Of a DNA stretch of 64,000 nucleotides, positions 12,334-25,303 are shown piece by piece. The notes beneath the pieces were generated by a model, which had not been told where the DNA came from, did not search any database, and saw nothing but the letters and a program-made list of their open reading frames with translations. This stretch comes from Mobula hypostoma (lineage: Eukaryota), in the NCBI RefSeq assembly GCF_963921235.1, contig NC_086097.1, forward strand, positions 101,248,001 through 101,312,000, in the 5' to 3' direction. Positions within the stretch are counted from its first letter, which is position 1, and each line of letters starts with the position of its first letter. Position numbers and translations under genes: made by a program.

Positions 12334-15076
12334 AACTGAAGGAAGAGTGAGTAAGGGATTTGAAAGTTGGAGGGGGAGGGGGAGATCCAAAATGATAGGA
12401 GAAGACAGGAGGGGGAGGGATAGAGCCAAGAGCTGGACAGGTGATAGGCAAAAGGGGATACGAGAGGATCATGGGACAGGAGGTCCGGGAAGAAAGACAA
12501 GGAGGGGTGGGGACCCAGAGGATGGGCAAGAGGTATATTCAGAGGGACAGAGGGAGAAAAAGGAGAGTGAGAGAAAGAATGTGTGCATAAAAATAAGTAA
12601 CAGATGGGGTATGAGGGGGAGGTGGGGCCTTAGTGGAAGTTAGAGAAGTTGATGGTCATGCCATCAGGTTGGAGGCTACCCAGACGGAATATAAGGTGTT
12701 GTTCCTCCAACCTGAGTGTGGCTTCATCTTTACAGTAGAGGAGGCCGTGGATAGACATGTCAGAATGGAAATGGGATGTGGAATTAAAATGTGTGGCCAC
12801 TGGGAGATCCTGCTTTCTCTGGCGGACAGAGCGTAGATGTTCAGCAAAGCGGTCTCCCAGTCTGCGTTGGGTCTCGCCAATATATAAAAGGCTACATCGG
12901 GAGCACCGGACGCAGTATATCACCCCAGTCGACTCACAGGTGAAGTGTTGCCTCACCTGGAAGGACTGTTTGGGGCCCTGAATGGTGGTAAGGGAGGAAG
13001 TGTAAGGGCATGTGTAGCACTTGTTCCGCTTACACGGATAAGTGCCAGGAGGGAGATCAGTGGATAGGGATGGGGGGGACGAATGGACAAGGGAGTTGCG
13101 TAGGGAGCAATCCCTGCGGAATGCAGAGAGAGGTGGGGAGGGAAAGATGTGCTTAGTGGTGGGATCCCGTTGGAGGTGGCGGAAGTTACGGAGAATAATA
13201 TGGTGGACCCGGAGGCTGGTGGGGTGGTAGGTGAGGACCAGGGGAACCCTATTCCTAGCGGGGTGGTGGGAGGATGGAGTGAGAGCAGATGTACGTGAAA
13301 TGGGGGAGATGCGTTTAAGAGCAGAGTTGATAGTGGAGGAAGGGAAGCCCCTTTCTTTAAAAAAGGAAGACATCTCCCTCGTCCTAGAATGAAAAGCCTC
13401 ATCCTGAGATCAGATGCAGCGGAGACGGAGGAATTGCGAGAAGGGGATGGCGTTTTTGGATGTCCAGTCCTTATATACTTCCATCCCCCATCAGGAAGGT
13501 CTCAAAGCTCTACGCTTCTTTTTGGATTCCAGACCTAATCAGTTCCCCTCTACCACCACTCTGCTCCATCTAGCGGAATTAGTCCTTACTCTTAATAATT
13601 TCTCCTTTGGCTCCTCCCACTTCCTCCAACCTAAAGGTGTAGCCATGGGCACCCGTATGGGTCCTAGCTATGCCTGCCTTTTTGTTGGGTTTGTGGAACA
13701 ATCTATGTTCTGTGCCTATTCTGGTATCTGTCCCCTACTTTTCCTTCGCTACATCGACGACTGCATTGGCGCTGCTTCCTGCACGCATGAAGAACTCGTT
13801 GACTTTATTAACTTTGCCTCCAACTTTCACCCTGCCCTCAAGTTTACCTGGTCCATTTCCGACACCTCCCTCCCCTTTCTAGATCTTTCTGTCTCTGTCT
13901 CTGGAGACAGCTTATCCACTGATGTCTACTATAAGCCTACTGACTCTCACAGCTATCTGGACTATTCCTCTTCTCACCCTGTCTCTTGCAAAAACGCCAT
14001 CCCCTTCTCGCAATTCCTCCGTCTCCGCCACATCTGCTCTCAGGATGAGGCTTTTCATTCTAGGATGAGAGAGATGTCTTCCTTTTTTAAAGAAAGGGGC
14101 TTCCCTTCCTCCACTATCAACTCTGCTCTTAAACGCATCTCCCCCATTTCATGTACATCTGCTCTCACTCCATCCTCCCACCACCCCACTAGGAATAGGG
14201 TTCCCCTGGTCCTCACCTACCACCCCACCAGCCTCCGGGTCCAACATATTATTCTCCGTAACTTCCGCCACCTCCAACGGGATCCCACCACTAAGCACAT
14301 CTTTCCCTCCCCCCCCCCCTGCATTCCGCAGGGATTGCTCCCTACGCAACTCCCTTGTCCATTCGTCCCCCCCATCCCTCCCCACTGATCTCCCTCCTGG
14401 CACTTATCCGTGTAAGCAGAACAAGTGCTACACATGCCCTTACCACCATTCAGGGCCCCAAACAGTCCTTCCAGGTGAGGCAACACTTCACCTGTGAGTC
14501 GACTGGGGTGATATACTGCGTCCGGTGCTCCCGATGTGGCCTTTTATATATTGGCAAGACCCGACGCAGACTGGGAGACCGCTTTGCTGAACACCTACGC
14601 TCTGTCCGCCAGAGAAAGCAGGATCTCCCAGTGGCCACACATTTTAATTCCACATCCCATTCCCATTCTGACATTTCTATCCACGGCCTCCTCTACTGTA
14701 AAGATGAAGCCACACTCAGGTTGGAGGAACAACACCTTATATTCCGTCTGGGTAGCCTCCAACCTGATGGCATGAACATCGACTTCTCTGACTCCCCCTC
14801 GTACCCCATCTGTTACTTATTTTTATGCACACATTCTTTCTCTCACTCTCCTTTTTCTCCCTCTGTCCCTCTGAATATACCTCTTGCCCATCCTCTGGGT
14901 CCCCCCCCCCCGTCTTTCTTCCCGGACCTCCTGTCCCATAATCCTCTCGTATCCCCTTTTGCCTATCACCTATCCAGCTCTCGGCTCTATCCCTCCCCCT
15001 CCTGTCTTCTCCTATCATTTTGGATCTCCCCCTCCCCCTCCAACTTTCAAATCCCTTACTCACTCTTCCTTCAGTT

Positions 15077-15112
15077 AGTCCTGACGAAGGGTCTCGGCCT
15101 GAAACGTCGACT
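15077..15112 (+). ncRNA. Minimal type I hammerhead ribozyme in the PLE 3' region
   Basis: agtc-CTGACGA-agggtctcggcct-GAAAC-GTC-gact. Core boxes present, agtc/gact stem I, palindromic ACGT stem III. Confidence 0.8.
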
Positions 15113-17269
15113 GCACCTCTTCCTACAGATGCAATATGGGTGCAATACTGCTTAGCACTGTGATGTAACGTTCAGCAGTGTCGCAGCCTCAGGGAAGAAG
15201 CTCTTCCTGTGCCTGCTGGTGTGGGAGCGGAGGCTCCTGTAGCGCCTACCGGATGGGAGGAGAGTAAAAAGTCCATGGTTAGGGTGAGATGCATCCTTGA
15301 TAATGCTTTTCGCCCTGCCCAGGCAGCGTTTATGGTAGATGTTTTCAATGGTGGGCAATTGGGTGCCGATAATCTGCTGGGCAGTTTTCACCACACGCTG
15401 GAGTGCTTTGCAGTCCGATACGGGACAATTGCCATACCACACTGAGATGCAGTTGGTGAGTATGCTCTCAATTGTACAGCGGTAAAAGTCTGTCAGTATC
15501 CTGGGACGGAGGTGAGCTTTCTTGATGCTCCGCAGGAAATAAAGGTGCTGTTGCACCTTTTTGATCAGGATGGAGGAGTTCAGGGACCAGGTGAGATCCT
15601 TGGAAATGTGGACACCAAGGAATTTGAAGCTTGATACACACTCCACTACAGCTCCGTTGATGTAGATGGAGATGTGAGTGCGACTCCTGGCATGCCTGAA
15701 GTCCACAATGATCTCCTTGGTCTTCTGGGTGTTAAGGGCCAGACTGTTGTTGGCACACCACGCAGCCAGGTGCTAGACCTCGTCCCTGTAGACCACCTCG
15801 TCATCCCCTCTGATCAGGCCAACCACCGTGGTATCTTTTGCAAATTTGATTATGGAGTTAGAACCATGTACAGGAACGCATTCATAGGTGAAAAGCAAGT
15901 ACAGAAGAGGGCTCAGCACACAGCCTTGAGGCATGTCGGTGTTCAGGGTGAGAGTGGAGGAAGAGAGGTTGTCTAACTTAACTGATTGGGGTCTGTTAGT
16001 CAGAAAGTCCAAGGTCCAATTGCAGAGGGATACGCTGATACCAAGCTGGCGAAGTTTGGCGATCAGCTTGGAGGGGATCACAGTATTGAATGCCGAGCTA
16101 AAGTCAATGAACAGCATTCTGACTTAAGAGTTGGGGCTGTCCAGGTGGGTCAGGGCAGAGTGAAGTGCTGTGGAGATGGCGTCCTCTGTTGACCTGTTGG
16201 TGCAATAGGAAAATTGATGGGGGTCCGGGGTAGTGGGCAGACAGGATTTCAGATGTGGCAGAACCAGTCTCTCAAAGCACTTTGCAATGATGGGGGTGAG
16301 TGCAACTGGGCAGAAGTCATTCAGGCCCGTGGCAGTGGAATGCTTTGGCACTGGCACGATGGTGGCGATCTTGAAGCTTGTGGGGACAACTGTCTGAGCC
16401 AGGGACAGATTAAAAATGTCAGTGAAGACCCCGGCCAACTGCCCTGCACAGGCTCTGAGTACACGGCCAGGTATTCCATCCGGACCAGCTGCCTTCCATA
16501 CATTCACCCTGCTCAGGGTGGCGTAAACATCGGAGGTGGAAAGTGAGAGAGGCAGTTCACCAGGTGGGAGATCCGCTTATCTACATATCTAAGAGTTTCT
16601 AAAAGACCCTGTTGTATCCAACTCTACTATCATCACCAGCAATGCATTTCACGTGCCACCACTCTGTGTGTGAAAATCTTACCCCTGACATCTCCTCTGT
16701 ACCTATTTCCAAACACCTTAAAACTGTGCCCTCTCGTGCTAGCCGTTCCAGCCCTGGGAAAAAATCTCTGATTATCCACACGGTCAATGCCTCTCATCAT
16801 CTTATACACCTCTATCATGTCACCTCTCATCCTCCGTCTCTCCAAGGAGAAAAGGCCAAGTTTACTCAACCTATTCTCATAAGGCATGCTCCCCAGTCCA
16901 GGCAACACCCTTGTAAATCTCCTCTGCACGCTGCACTCTTTCCATGGTTTGGTTGGAAGAATGAGGTCAGGTAATGTGGACTGAAGGAGAGTGCGAGCAG
17001 AAGGACCTGGGATTGGTGTGCATGGCTTTGGAAGTGTCACGGCTGGCTGAGATCCAACGGACAACACCTGTTCACATGTAGCCAGCCAATACGCAGTTTG
17101 TGGGATCGCACACACATTCTCAGGGTACAGAACCTCCTGCAACGTAGCAGCACAGAGGCCATGGTCCAGTGTGTTTTCAGCTCTCTCCTCACTGATTCTG
17201 CTCAGAGTCTTGTGCAGAACATGTTGCCAGGAGTGTAGTGAGGTCAAATCCAGACGGGAACCCCTCCCC

Positions 17270-17700
17270 TTCACCACACACACCACATAACCCCCCCACC
17301 CAATATACTACATCCCATATACCCATCACCACACATACCTCACCCCATACCCCACATAACCCCCCCACCCAATATACTACATCCCATATACCCATCACCA
17401 CACATACCTCACCCCATATACACAGATCATAACCCCCAACACCCCACATAACCCCCCCACCTGACATACTACATCCCATACACCCGTCACCACACATACC
17501 TCACCCCATATAAACAGATCATAACCCCCCACCCAAAATACTACATCCGATACACCCGTCACCACGCACACCTTACCCCATACACCCGTCACCTCACACC
17601 CATCACCTCACACCCCCACCTGTTATCCCTCACATCCCTCACCTCACTCACCCCCACACTCTCTCACACTCACTCCTCACCCAACCCACTCCTCAATTCT
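17270..17700. repeat. C/A-rich tandem repeat of about 69 bp, decaying into CA-rich low complexity
   Basis: cacataacccccccacc recurs at 17284, 17353 and 17444. Confidence 0.8.
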
Positions 17701-17702
17701 CA

Positions 17703-17990
<288 letters not shown>

Positions 17991-18116
17991 TCTCATCATC
18001 ATCCCCTCCATCACCTTCAAGACCTGTGCCCACTCACCCCCTCCCAGCCAGTCTCATTCCATTAACCCCAAATGACCTCATCCCACCCTCACATTGACCC
18101 TGACTGGCTCTCAGTA

Positions 18117-21100
18117 ACCCTGTACACCCTCCCTCTACACCCTCCCTGTACACCCTTCCACTCTACACCCTTCCACACTACACCCTTCCACTCTACACCC
18201 TCCCTGTACACCCTTCCACTCTACACCCTCCCACTACACCCTTCCACTCTACACCCTCCCTGTACACCCTTCCACTCTACACCCTTCCACACTACACCCT
18301 TCCACTCTACACCCTCCCTGTACACCCTTTCACACTACAGCTTCCCTGTACACCCTTCCACTCTACACCCTCCCTGTACACCCTTCCACTCTACACCCTT
18401 CCACACTACACCCTTCCACTCTACACCCTCCATGTACACCCTTTCACACTACAGCCTCCCTGTACACCCTTCCACACTACACCCTCCCTGTACACCCTTC
18501 CACTGTACACCCTCCCTCTACACCCTCCCTGTACACCCTCCCTCTACACCCTCCCTGTATACCCTTCCACTCTACAACCTCCCACTACACCCTTCCACTA
18601 CACCCTCCCTGTACACCCTTCCACTCTACACCCTTCCACACTACACCCTTCCACTCTACACCCTCCCACTACACCCTTCCACTCTACACACTCCCTGTAC
18701 ACCCTTGCACTCTACACCCTCCCACTACACCCTTGCTGTACACCCTCCCTGTACACCCTTCCACTCTACACCCTTCCACACTACACCCTTCCACTCTACA
18801 CCCTCACTGTACACACTTCCCGTACACCCTTCCACACTACACCCTCCCTGTACACACTTCCACTCTACACCCTCCCTCTACACCCACCCTGTACACCCTC
18901 CCTCTACACCCTCCCTGTATACCCTCCCTCTACACCCTCCCTATACACCCTTCCACACTACACCCTCCCTGTACACACTTCCACTCTACACCCTCCCTGT
19001 ATAACCTCCCTGTATGCCCTTCCACTCTACACCCTCCCTGTACACCCTTCCACTCTACACCCTCCCTGTACACACTTCCACTCTACACCCTCCCTGTACA
19101 CCCTCCCTCTACACCCTCCCTGTACACCCTCCCTGTACACTCTTCCACTCTACAGCCTCCCTGTACACACTTCCACTCAACACCCTCCCTCGACACCCTC
19201 CCTGTACACCCTCCCTCTACACCCTCCCTGTACACCTTCCCTGTACACCCTTCCACTCTACACCCTCCCTGTACACACTTCCACTCTACACCCTCCCTCT
19301 GCACCCACCCTGTACACCCTCCCTCTACACCCTCCCTGTATACCCTCCCTCTACACCCTCCCTATACACCCTTCTACTCTACATCCTCCCTGTACACCCT
19401 TCCACTCTACACCCTCCCTGTACACCCTTCCACTCTACACCCTCCCACTACACCCTTCCACTCTACACCCTCCCTGTACACCCTTCCACTCTACACTCTT
19501 CCACACTACACCCTTCCACTCTACACCCTCACTGTACACCATTTCACACTACAGCTTCCCTGTACACCCTTGCACTCTACACCCTCCCTGTACACCCTTC
19601 CACTCTACACCCTTCCACACTACACCCTTCCACTCTACACCCTCCCTGTACACCCTTCCACTATACATCCTCCCTGTACACCCTTTCACACTACAGCCTC
19701 CCTGTACACCCTTCCACACTACACCCTCCCTGTACACCCTTCCACTCTACACCCTTCCACACTACACACTTCCACTCTACACCCTCCCTGTACACCCTTC
19801 CACTCTACACCCTCCCTGTACACCCTTTCACACTACAGCCTCCCTGTACACCCTTCCACACTACACCCTCCCTGTACACCCTTCCAATCCACACCCTCCC
19901 TGTACACCCTTTCACACTACAGCCTCCCTGTACACCCTTCCACACTACACCCTCCCTGTACACCCTTCCACTCTACACCCTTCCACACTACACACTTCCA
20001 CTCTACACCCTCCCTGTACACCCTTCCACTCTACACCCTCCCTGTACACCCTTTTACACTACAGCCTCCCTGTACACCCTTCCACACTACACCCTCCCTG
20101 TACACCCTTCCACTGTACACCCTCCCTCTACACCCTCCCTGTACACCCTTCCACTGTACACCCTCCCTCTACACCCTCCCTGTACACCCTCCCTCTACAC
20201 CCTCCCTGTATACCCTTCCACTCTACACCCTCCCTGTACACCCTCCCTCTACACCTTCCCTGTACACCCTTCCACACTGCACCCTCCCTGTACACCCTTC
20301 CGCTGTACACCCTCCCTCCACACCCTCCCTGTACACCCTCCCTCTACACCCTCCCTGTATACCCTTCCACTCTACACCCTTCCACTACACCCTCCCTGTA
20401 CACCCTCCCTGTACACCCTTCCACTCTACACCCTTCCACACTACACCCTTCCACTCTACACCCTCCCACTACACCCTTCCACTCTACACCCTCCCTGTAC
20501 ACCCTTCCACTCTACACCCTCCCACTACACCCTTCCACTACACCCTCCCTGTACACCCTTCCACTCTACACCCTTCCACACTACACCCTTCCACACTACA
20601 CCCTCCCTGTACACACTTCCACTCTACACCCTCCTTCTACACCCACCCTGTACACCCAACCCTCTACACCCTCCCTGTATACCCTCCCTCTACACCCTCC
20701 CTGCATACCCTCCCTCTACACCCTCCCTATACACCCTTCCACTCTACACCCTCCCTGTACACACTTCCACTCTACGCCTTCCCTGTACACACTTCCACTC
20801 TACACCCTCCCTGTATACCCTCCCTGTATGCCCTTCCACTCTACACCCTCCCTGTACACACTTCCACTGTACACCCTCCCTGTACACCCTTCCACTCTAC
20901 ACCCTCCCTGTACACCCTCCCTGTACACCCTTCCACTCTATACCCTCCCTCGACACCCTCCCTGTACACCCTCCCTCGACACCCTCCCTGTACACCTTCC
21001 CTGTACACCCTTTCACTCTACACTCTCCCTGTACACACTTCCACTCTACAGCCTCCCTGTACACACTTCCACACTACACCCTCCCTCTACACCCTCCCTG

Positions 21101-21230
21101 TACACCTTCCCTGTACACCCTTCCACTCTACACTCTCCCTGTACACACTTCCACTCTACACCCTCCCTGTGCACCCTCCCTCTACACCCTCCCTCTACAC
21201 CCTTCCACTCTACACCCTCCCTGTGCACGC
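18117..21230. repeat. C-rich minisatellite of 13/15-bp subunits (CTGTACACCCTCC / CTCTACACCCTTCCA)
   Basis: Directly visible. Fills about 94% of the 3309-bp intron 17962..21270. Confidence 0.96.
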
Positions 21231-21270
21231 ACCCCTCCTCCAAGCCCACTTTTATCAACCACTCGCCCAC

Positions 21271-21452
21271 CTTTCCTCTGCAAGCACTTTCTCATCCTGC
21301 AGTTTCCTCATGTCCTCCTCGATGCGCTGCAGGATGTCTCGGATGGCCCCGCTGGACTCAGACAGCTGCTCATTTTGGCTGGCCAGCTGCTGCGTTTGCT
21401 GCTCGCTGTCCTGAAGCTTCTCCAGGGTCCGCTGCTTCTCCTGAGATAGGCT
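21271..21452 (-). CDS. PLEKHD1: PLEKHD1(-like) exon: SLSQEKQRTLEKLQDSEQQTQQLASQNEQLSESSGAIRDILQRIEEDMRKLQDEKVLAEE(R)
   Basis: Acceptor ctgatcag, donor gtgggc, 182 nt. Open and coiled-coil-like; phase fits. Confidence 0.9.
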
Positions 21453-22750
21453 CTGATCAGCAGAGACAAGAGGTCAATGCAAGCTCCCGGAGCCCCCCTC
21501 CCACCCGAGGGGAGTCAGTGAACCCCTCCTCTGTGTGGAGTACACCACAGGATGGACAGTGAGACAGGAATCCTCAGTACAGAGACAGGCGCAGTTCACT
21601 GGATAAAGGTGTGACAAGGTCATTGCTCAAAGGAGCTGGACAGCAGATTGGCTGCAGTCCAAGTGGATGACAGAACATCACAAGGCGTGTGGAGACCTTT
21701 GCTCACACCCCACCATGAGCGGTCCGTCTCTCAAGGAGGCCGTTGGAGCACCAGTCACTTGACTGCATGGACTTGTACCTGAAAATCCGACAGCTTATTT
21801 CTGAGCATCACGAAACATCATGGGTGAAGTGGCTTTGAGGGGACCAAGTGACACTGGAGCAGTGGTTCCCACCAGTCTGACCAGGCTTTCATACCCCCAC
21901 CGTAGCTCAGAGACTAGTTCATCGTTTTCACAATGTGGACAAACTGTGCAACCTGCATTTATTGCCTATTCTGATCAATCTCAGAACTGCTGTGCTGCTT
22001 CTTATGGTGCTATTGGGGAGGCAGTTCTAGGGTTAAACCCTGTTATGTTGAAGGGACAGAATTAGTCAGACTGGGAAGGGAACCTGCAGGGGTGGTGCCC
22101 TTGTGGGTAGAGGACGGGTGTTTGGGAGGTGCCGTCAGACAGCCACTGTGCACCAGTGGTGGAGGAATGAATGCTGGAGGAGAAGGGCTGGGTGCCAGTC
22201 AAACGGCTCCTTTGTCCCAGTAGGAGCTGCTCGAGAGTTCCTGGAGCTGTGTTCATAGAACATGGAACAGAACATAAAATTGTACAGCACAGGAACAGGC
22301 CCCATGGCCCACAATGTTTCTATTTAGGATACTAATTTAAACTAACAACACACTCAGGGAAGTGGAGATAGTTTCATCACACTCCTGGTTGATGCCTTGT
22401 AGATGGTGGAAAAGCATTCATATCAATGGTCCCTCACATAACCAATTCTCTCTTCACAGATGCTGCCTGACCTGCTGGGCATTTACAACATTCACTGTTT
22501 TTATTTCAGATTCCCAGCATCAGCAAGTTGTTAGTTTTCCAGAAATAAATTGAGCTTTGAGTTTGTTCTTTCCTCCTACTCAAGCACTAAACTAGATGTT
22601 GTGCTGAATCCTCTCGAGTGGGTTTGACTGATCTGGGGGCACTGAGCCTGCTGGGATACTGTACAGACACAGAGTTAAGAGGCAGGCCTCCTGGTGTAAC
22701 CAGAACTTTATCATCACTCAGCTTTTATCCGTCTCCATTCCAATGCTCAC

Positions 22751-22844
22751 CTCTAAATTATTTTGCAGTGATTCTGACAGTTGGTGCAATTGCTTCTTTT
22801 CTTCTTCAATTGTTGTTAATGAGTTCACGGTCACCTCCAGCTCC
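22751..22844 (-). CDS. PLEKHD1: PLEKHD1(-like) exon: ELEVTVNSLTTIEEEKKQLHQLSESLQNNLE
   Basis: Acceptor gtccatag, donor gtgagc, 94 nt. Phase fits both neighbours. Confidence 0.9.
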
Positions 22845-23114
22845 CTATGGACAACAGCACACATCTCATTACAACTTCTACACATCAGCCTTTGCAGTCA
22901 AACAGTGCATTTTTGCACTGTCCACACTCCTCACGGCCTCAGAAAAGCAGCCAACGTAATCAAAAGGCCCACCCACCCAGTCATTCTCTTTCCCCCTTTC
23001 CACCGTGCAGAAACCCACCAGCACATACCACCTGGATCAAAGACTTCTATCTTACGGTTATGAGATGCTTAAATGGTTCCCTAGTATAATTAGATGGAAA
23101 GTTGAGTTCACAAG

Positions 23115-23920
23115 TATGATAAGATGGAAAGGGGGAGCTTAGGAGGGTTACTGGCGCCTAATGGTGACTCTTTTGCTTGCATCTTTGGAAACAGCTCTAT
23201 TTCAACCTTTTAATATCTTTATTTTTCCCTTTCAGGGGCTGACCTGGAGTTACACACAGGCTACAGTTCATTGTGGGAATGGGACCCATTCTCGGGGTTC
23301 CACGACTGGCCATTATTCGACATGCCAAGAGTTTGGCCTGAGAGTCTCAATCGTGTTCGGAAGCCTAAGATCTCGGGGCTCTGGAGATGGGCAGGTCAAG
23401 GGTTGGTGCCACTGCAGGAGACTCGTGTGTCATCGGGGAGGCCGGAAAATCTTTCGCTGTGGGCCCAAAGACCCGAGGTCTTTGTGATCTTTGGACACAG
23501 AGCTCAAAAAAAGCGATGGAACGAACTTTTAACATTGTAAACCAGCGAGTTGTTGTTATGTCTCCCACTCGCTGTGAAAATGGGGGACACCTCCCTCTTC
23601 CTTGCCAGGGAGAGAGAGAACCTGTGGTTTGTCGAATGTCAGATGAAATGCAAAGCCTTTGGGGTAACTTCGGTCTGTGTCCTTGCTTGGTGACGGTACT
23701 GATGCACTTTTTTTGCTGGTTGGGGGAGGGGGGGTCGTTGCTTGCTGCCGCTTACGCAGGGGAGGGGGGAGCTGGGGGGGACTTTGGGGTTCTAACATTG
23801 AACTGTCATTCATTCTTTGGGGCACTTCTCTGTTTTCATGGATGTTTGCGAAGAAAAAGCATTTCAGGATGTATATTGTATACGTTTCTCTGACATTAAA
23901 TTCGACCTTTGAACCTTTGA
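23115..23920 (+). mobile_element. Unclassified non-coding retroposon with an (ACCTTTGA)n tail, inserted into an older LINE tail
   Basis: Ends gacattaaattcgacctttgaacctttgaa. The flanking LINE-tail sequence resumes on both sides (acaa..acaatctac). Confidence 0.5.
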
Positions 23921-25303
23921 ACAATCTACTTGTTCATGGCCCCGCACCTCATTGTCTGCCTGTACAGCACTTTCTCTGTCACTGTAACACTCATTCTGCA
24001 TTCTGTTTTTGTTTTCCCTTGTACTACCTCAATGTACTGAGGTGACGAAATAATCAGTATGGACGGCATGTTAAACAAACCAATTTACCAACCAAACTTA
24101 GAACAGGTCAGAACCTTGCAGTAAGAACACACCACCACAATTTAGCAAATTAATGGATTTCCCAGAGAAAATTGGTCAGAGCCAGTATGATGTGGGTTTT
24201 GTTTAACAGTTTGGAATATACAGTACTTTTGGAGAGATTTACCAGAGAAGGATGTGTTTTAAACATGAGCTTTGAGAAGTGAAATCCATTGTGTGATACT
24301 ACTAAAGTTCATGGAATTGGGGACAAAATTATAGCATGTTTAAGTGTTTCAGCAGTGAAAGGAAAGACAACCTGTACACTCACTTTGGAAGGGTGTTGTG
24401 TGATCACTCACCTCCACTATTCACACTCACTGTTACTAATACAGACAACATAATAGAATAGCTTGTATCTCAGTTTAATGAAGAGTCCGAGTGGGTAATG
24501 TGAACAGGACCTCCAAGTCACTTTGAGAAAAGTAGGTGCCAGGAAGTGTAGAGACAAACTTCTGAGTCCAAGGATACCACTTCCTTGATCATCAGCCCTG
24601 ACATTTTTCAAACACGCAGGAACAGATCACTGATGGGGGATCCAGCAGTGATGCTGTTTAGGTGGAGACAGGTGGTGTCAGAGATGCAAATAAACAGACA
24701 ATTAATTCCAGTGTCATCTTGGAGAAAGTTCCCCAATCAGCCAACAGTTTGAGTATCTGCCTGGGATGATCTGGACCCTTTTTGCACCTTTCTCCATTGT
24801 CTATACCCCACCCTATGGGTCAGTGTGAGTTGGGCAGTCACTCTTTGCTATCCACTGGGTTTCCAGCTCTCTGCTCTCAAGCTAGGTGGGGAGTATTGTC
24901 CATTTGCTGGGGGCAGGGGACAGCTATAACTGAACCAGGACAACACTGGAATTCTGCAATTCTGACCCAGAGCCTTCCAAATGACAAACCCTGAGGAAAA
25001 GGTAGTGTCATGGAGGCAAGGGATCTGCAGAAGCATGCAGACAGGTCAGAAGAGTGGGCAAAGAAGTGGCAGGTGGAATACAGTATGAGGAGTTGTGGAC
25101 CTCTTGAGAGCTGGAGAGCTTCAAGCTCCGAGGTGTAAACATCACTAATAGCCTGCCCTGATTTTGGCACCACGGTAAGAATGCTCACTAACACCTCTGT
25201 TTCTTCAAGAGGCTAAAGACATTAGGCCTGTTCTCATCAGCCCTTACCAATTCCCATTGATGCCTGATATCTGGATCAATCACAGCTTGGTACAGCAGCT
25301 GCT

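Larger units (their letters stand above)
12218..15131. mobile_element. Penelope-like element (Neptune-type): inverted 5'-truncated arm 12218..13458 (-) joined to a forward copy 13457..15131 (+); 14-bp TSD
   Basis: RT motifs DVQSLYTSIP, GVAMGTRMGPSYA and RYIDD; linker CKRNKCYTC; GIY-YIG VIYCVRC..LYIGET..RFAEH. CAATATGGGTGCAA at 12204-12217 and 15132-15145. Confidence 0.92.
12036..16580 (-). mobile_element. 5'-truncated Rex1/Babar-type LINE (frameshifted RT) with (TCTAA)n tail, interrupted by the PLE
   Basis: ORFs 16124..16507 ([26 protein letters not shown]), 15773..16117 ([19 protein letters not shown]) and 15152..15706. AATAAA plus tctaa repeats at 12036-12065. Confidence 0.88.
11903..16927 (-). 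mobile_element. CR1-type LINE 3' fragment split into 11903..12035 and 16585..16927 by nested insertions
   Basis: ORF 16633..17286 contains the CR1 ORF2 C-terminus VQRRFTRVLPGL..YENRLSKLGLFSLERRRMRGDMIEVYK. The two halves join to match the uninterrupted copy near 30631-30700. Confidence 0.85.

Noticed and set aside
18072..21562. Long HPSTL/YTLP ORFs (310-893 aa)
   Set aside because: Open in several frames because of the minisatellite, and antisense to real exons.
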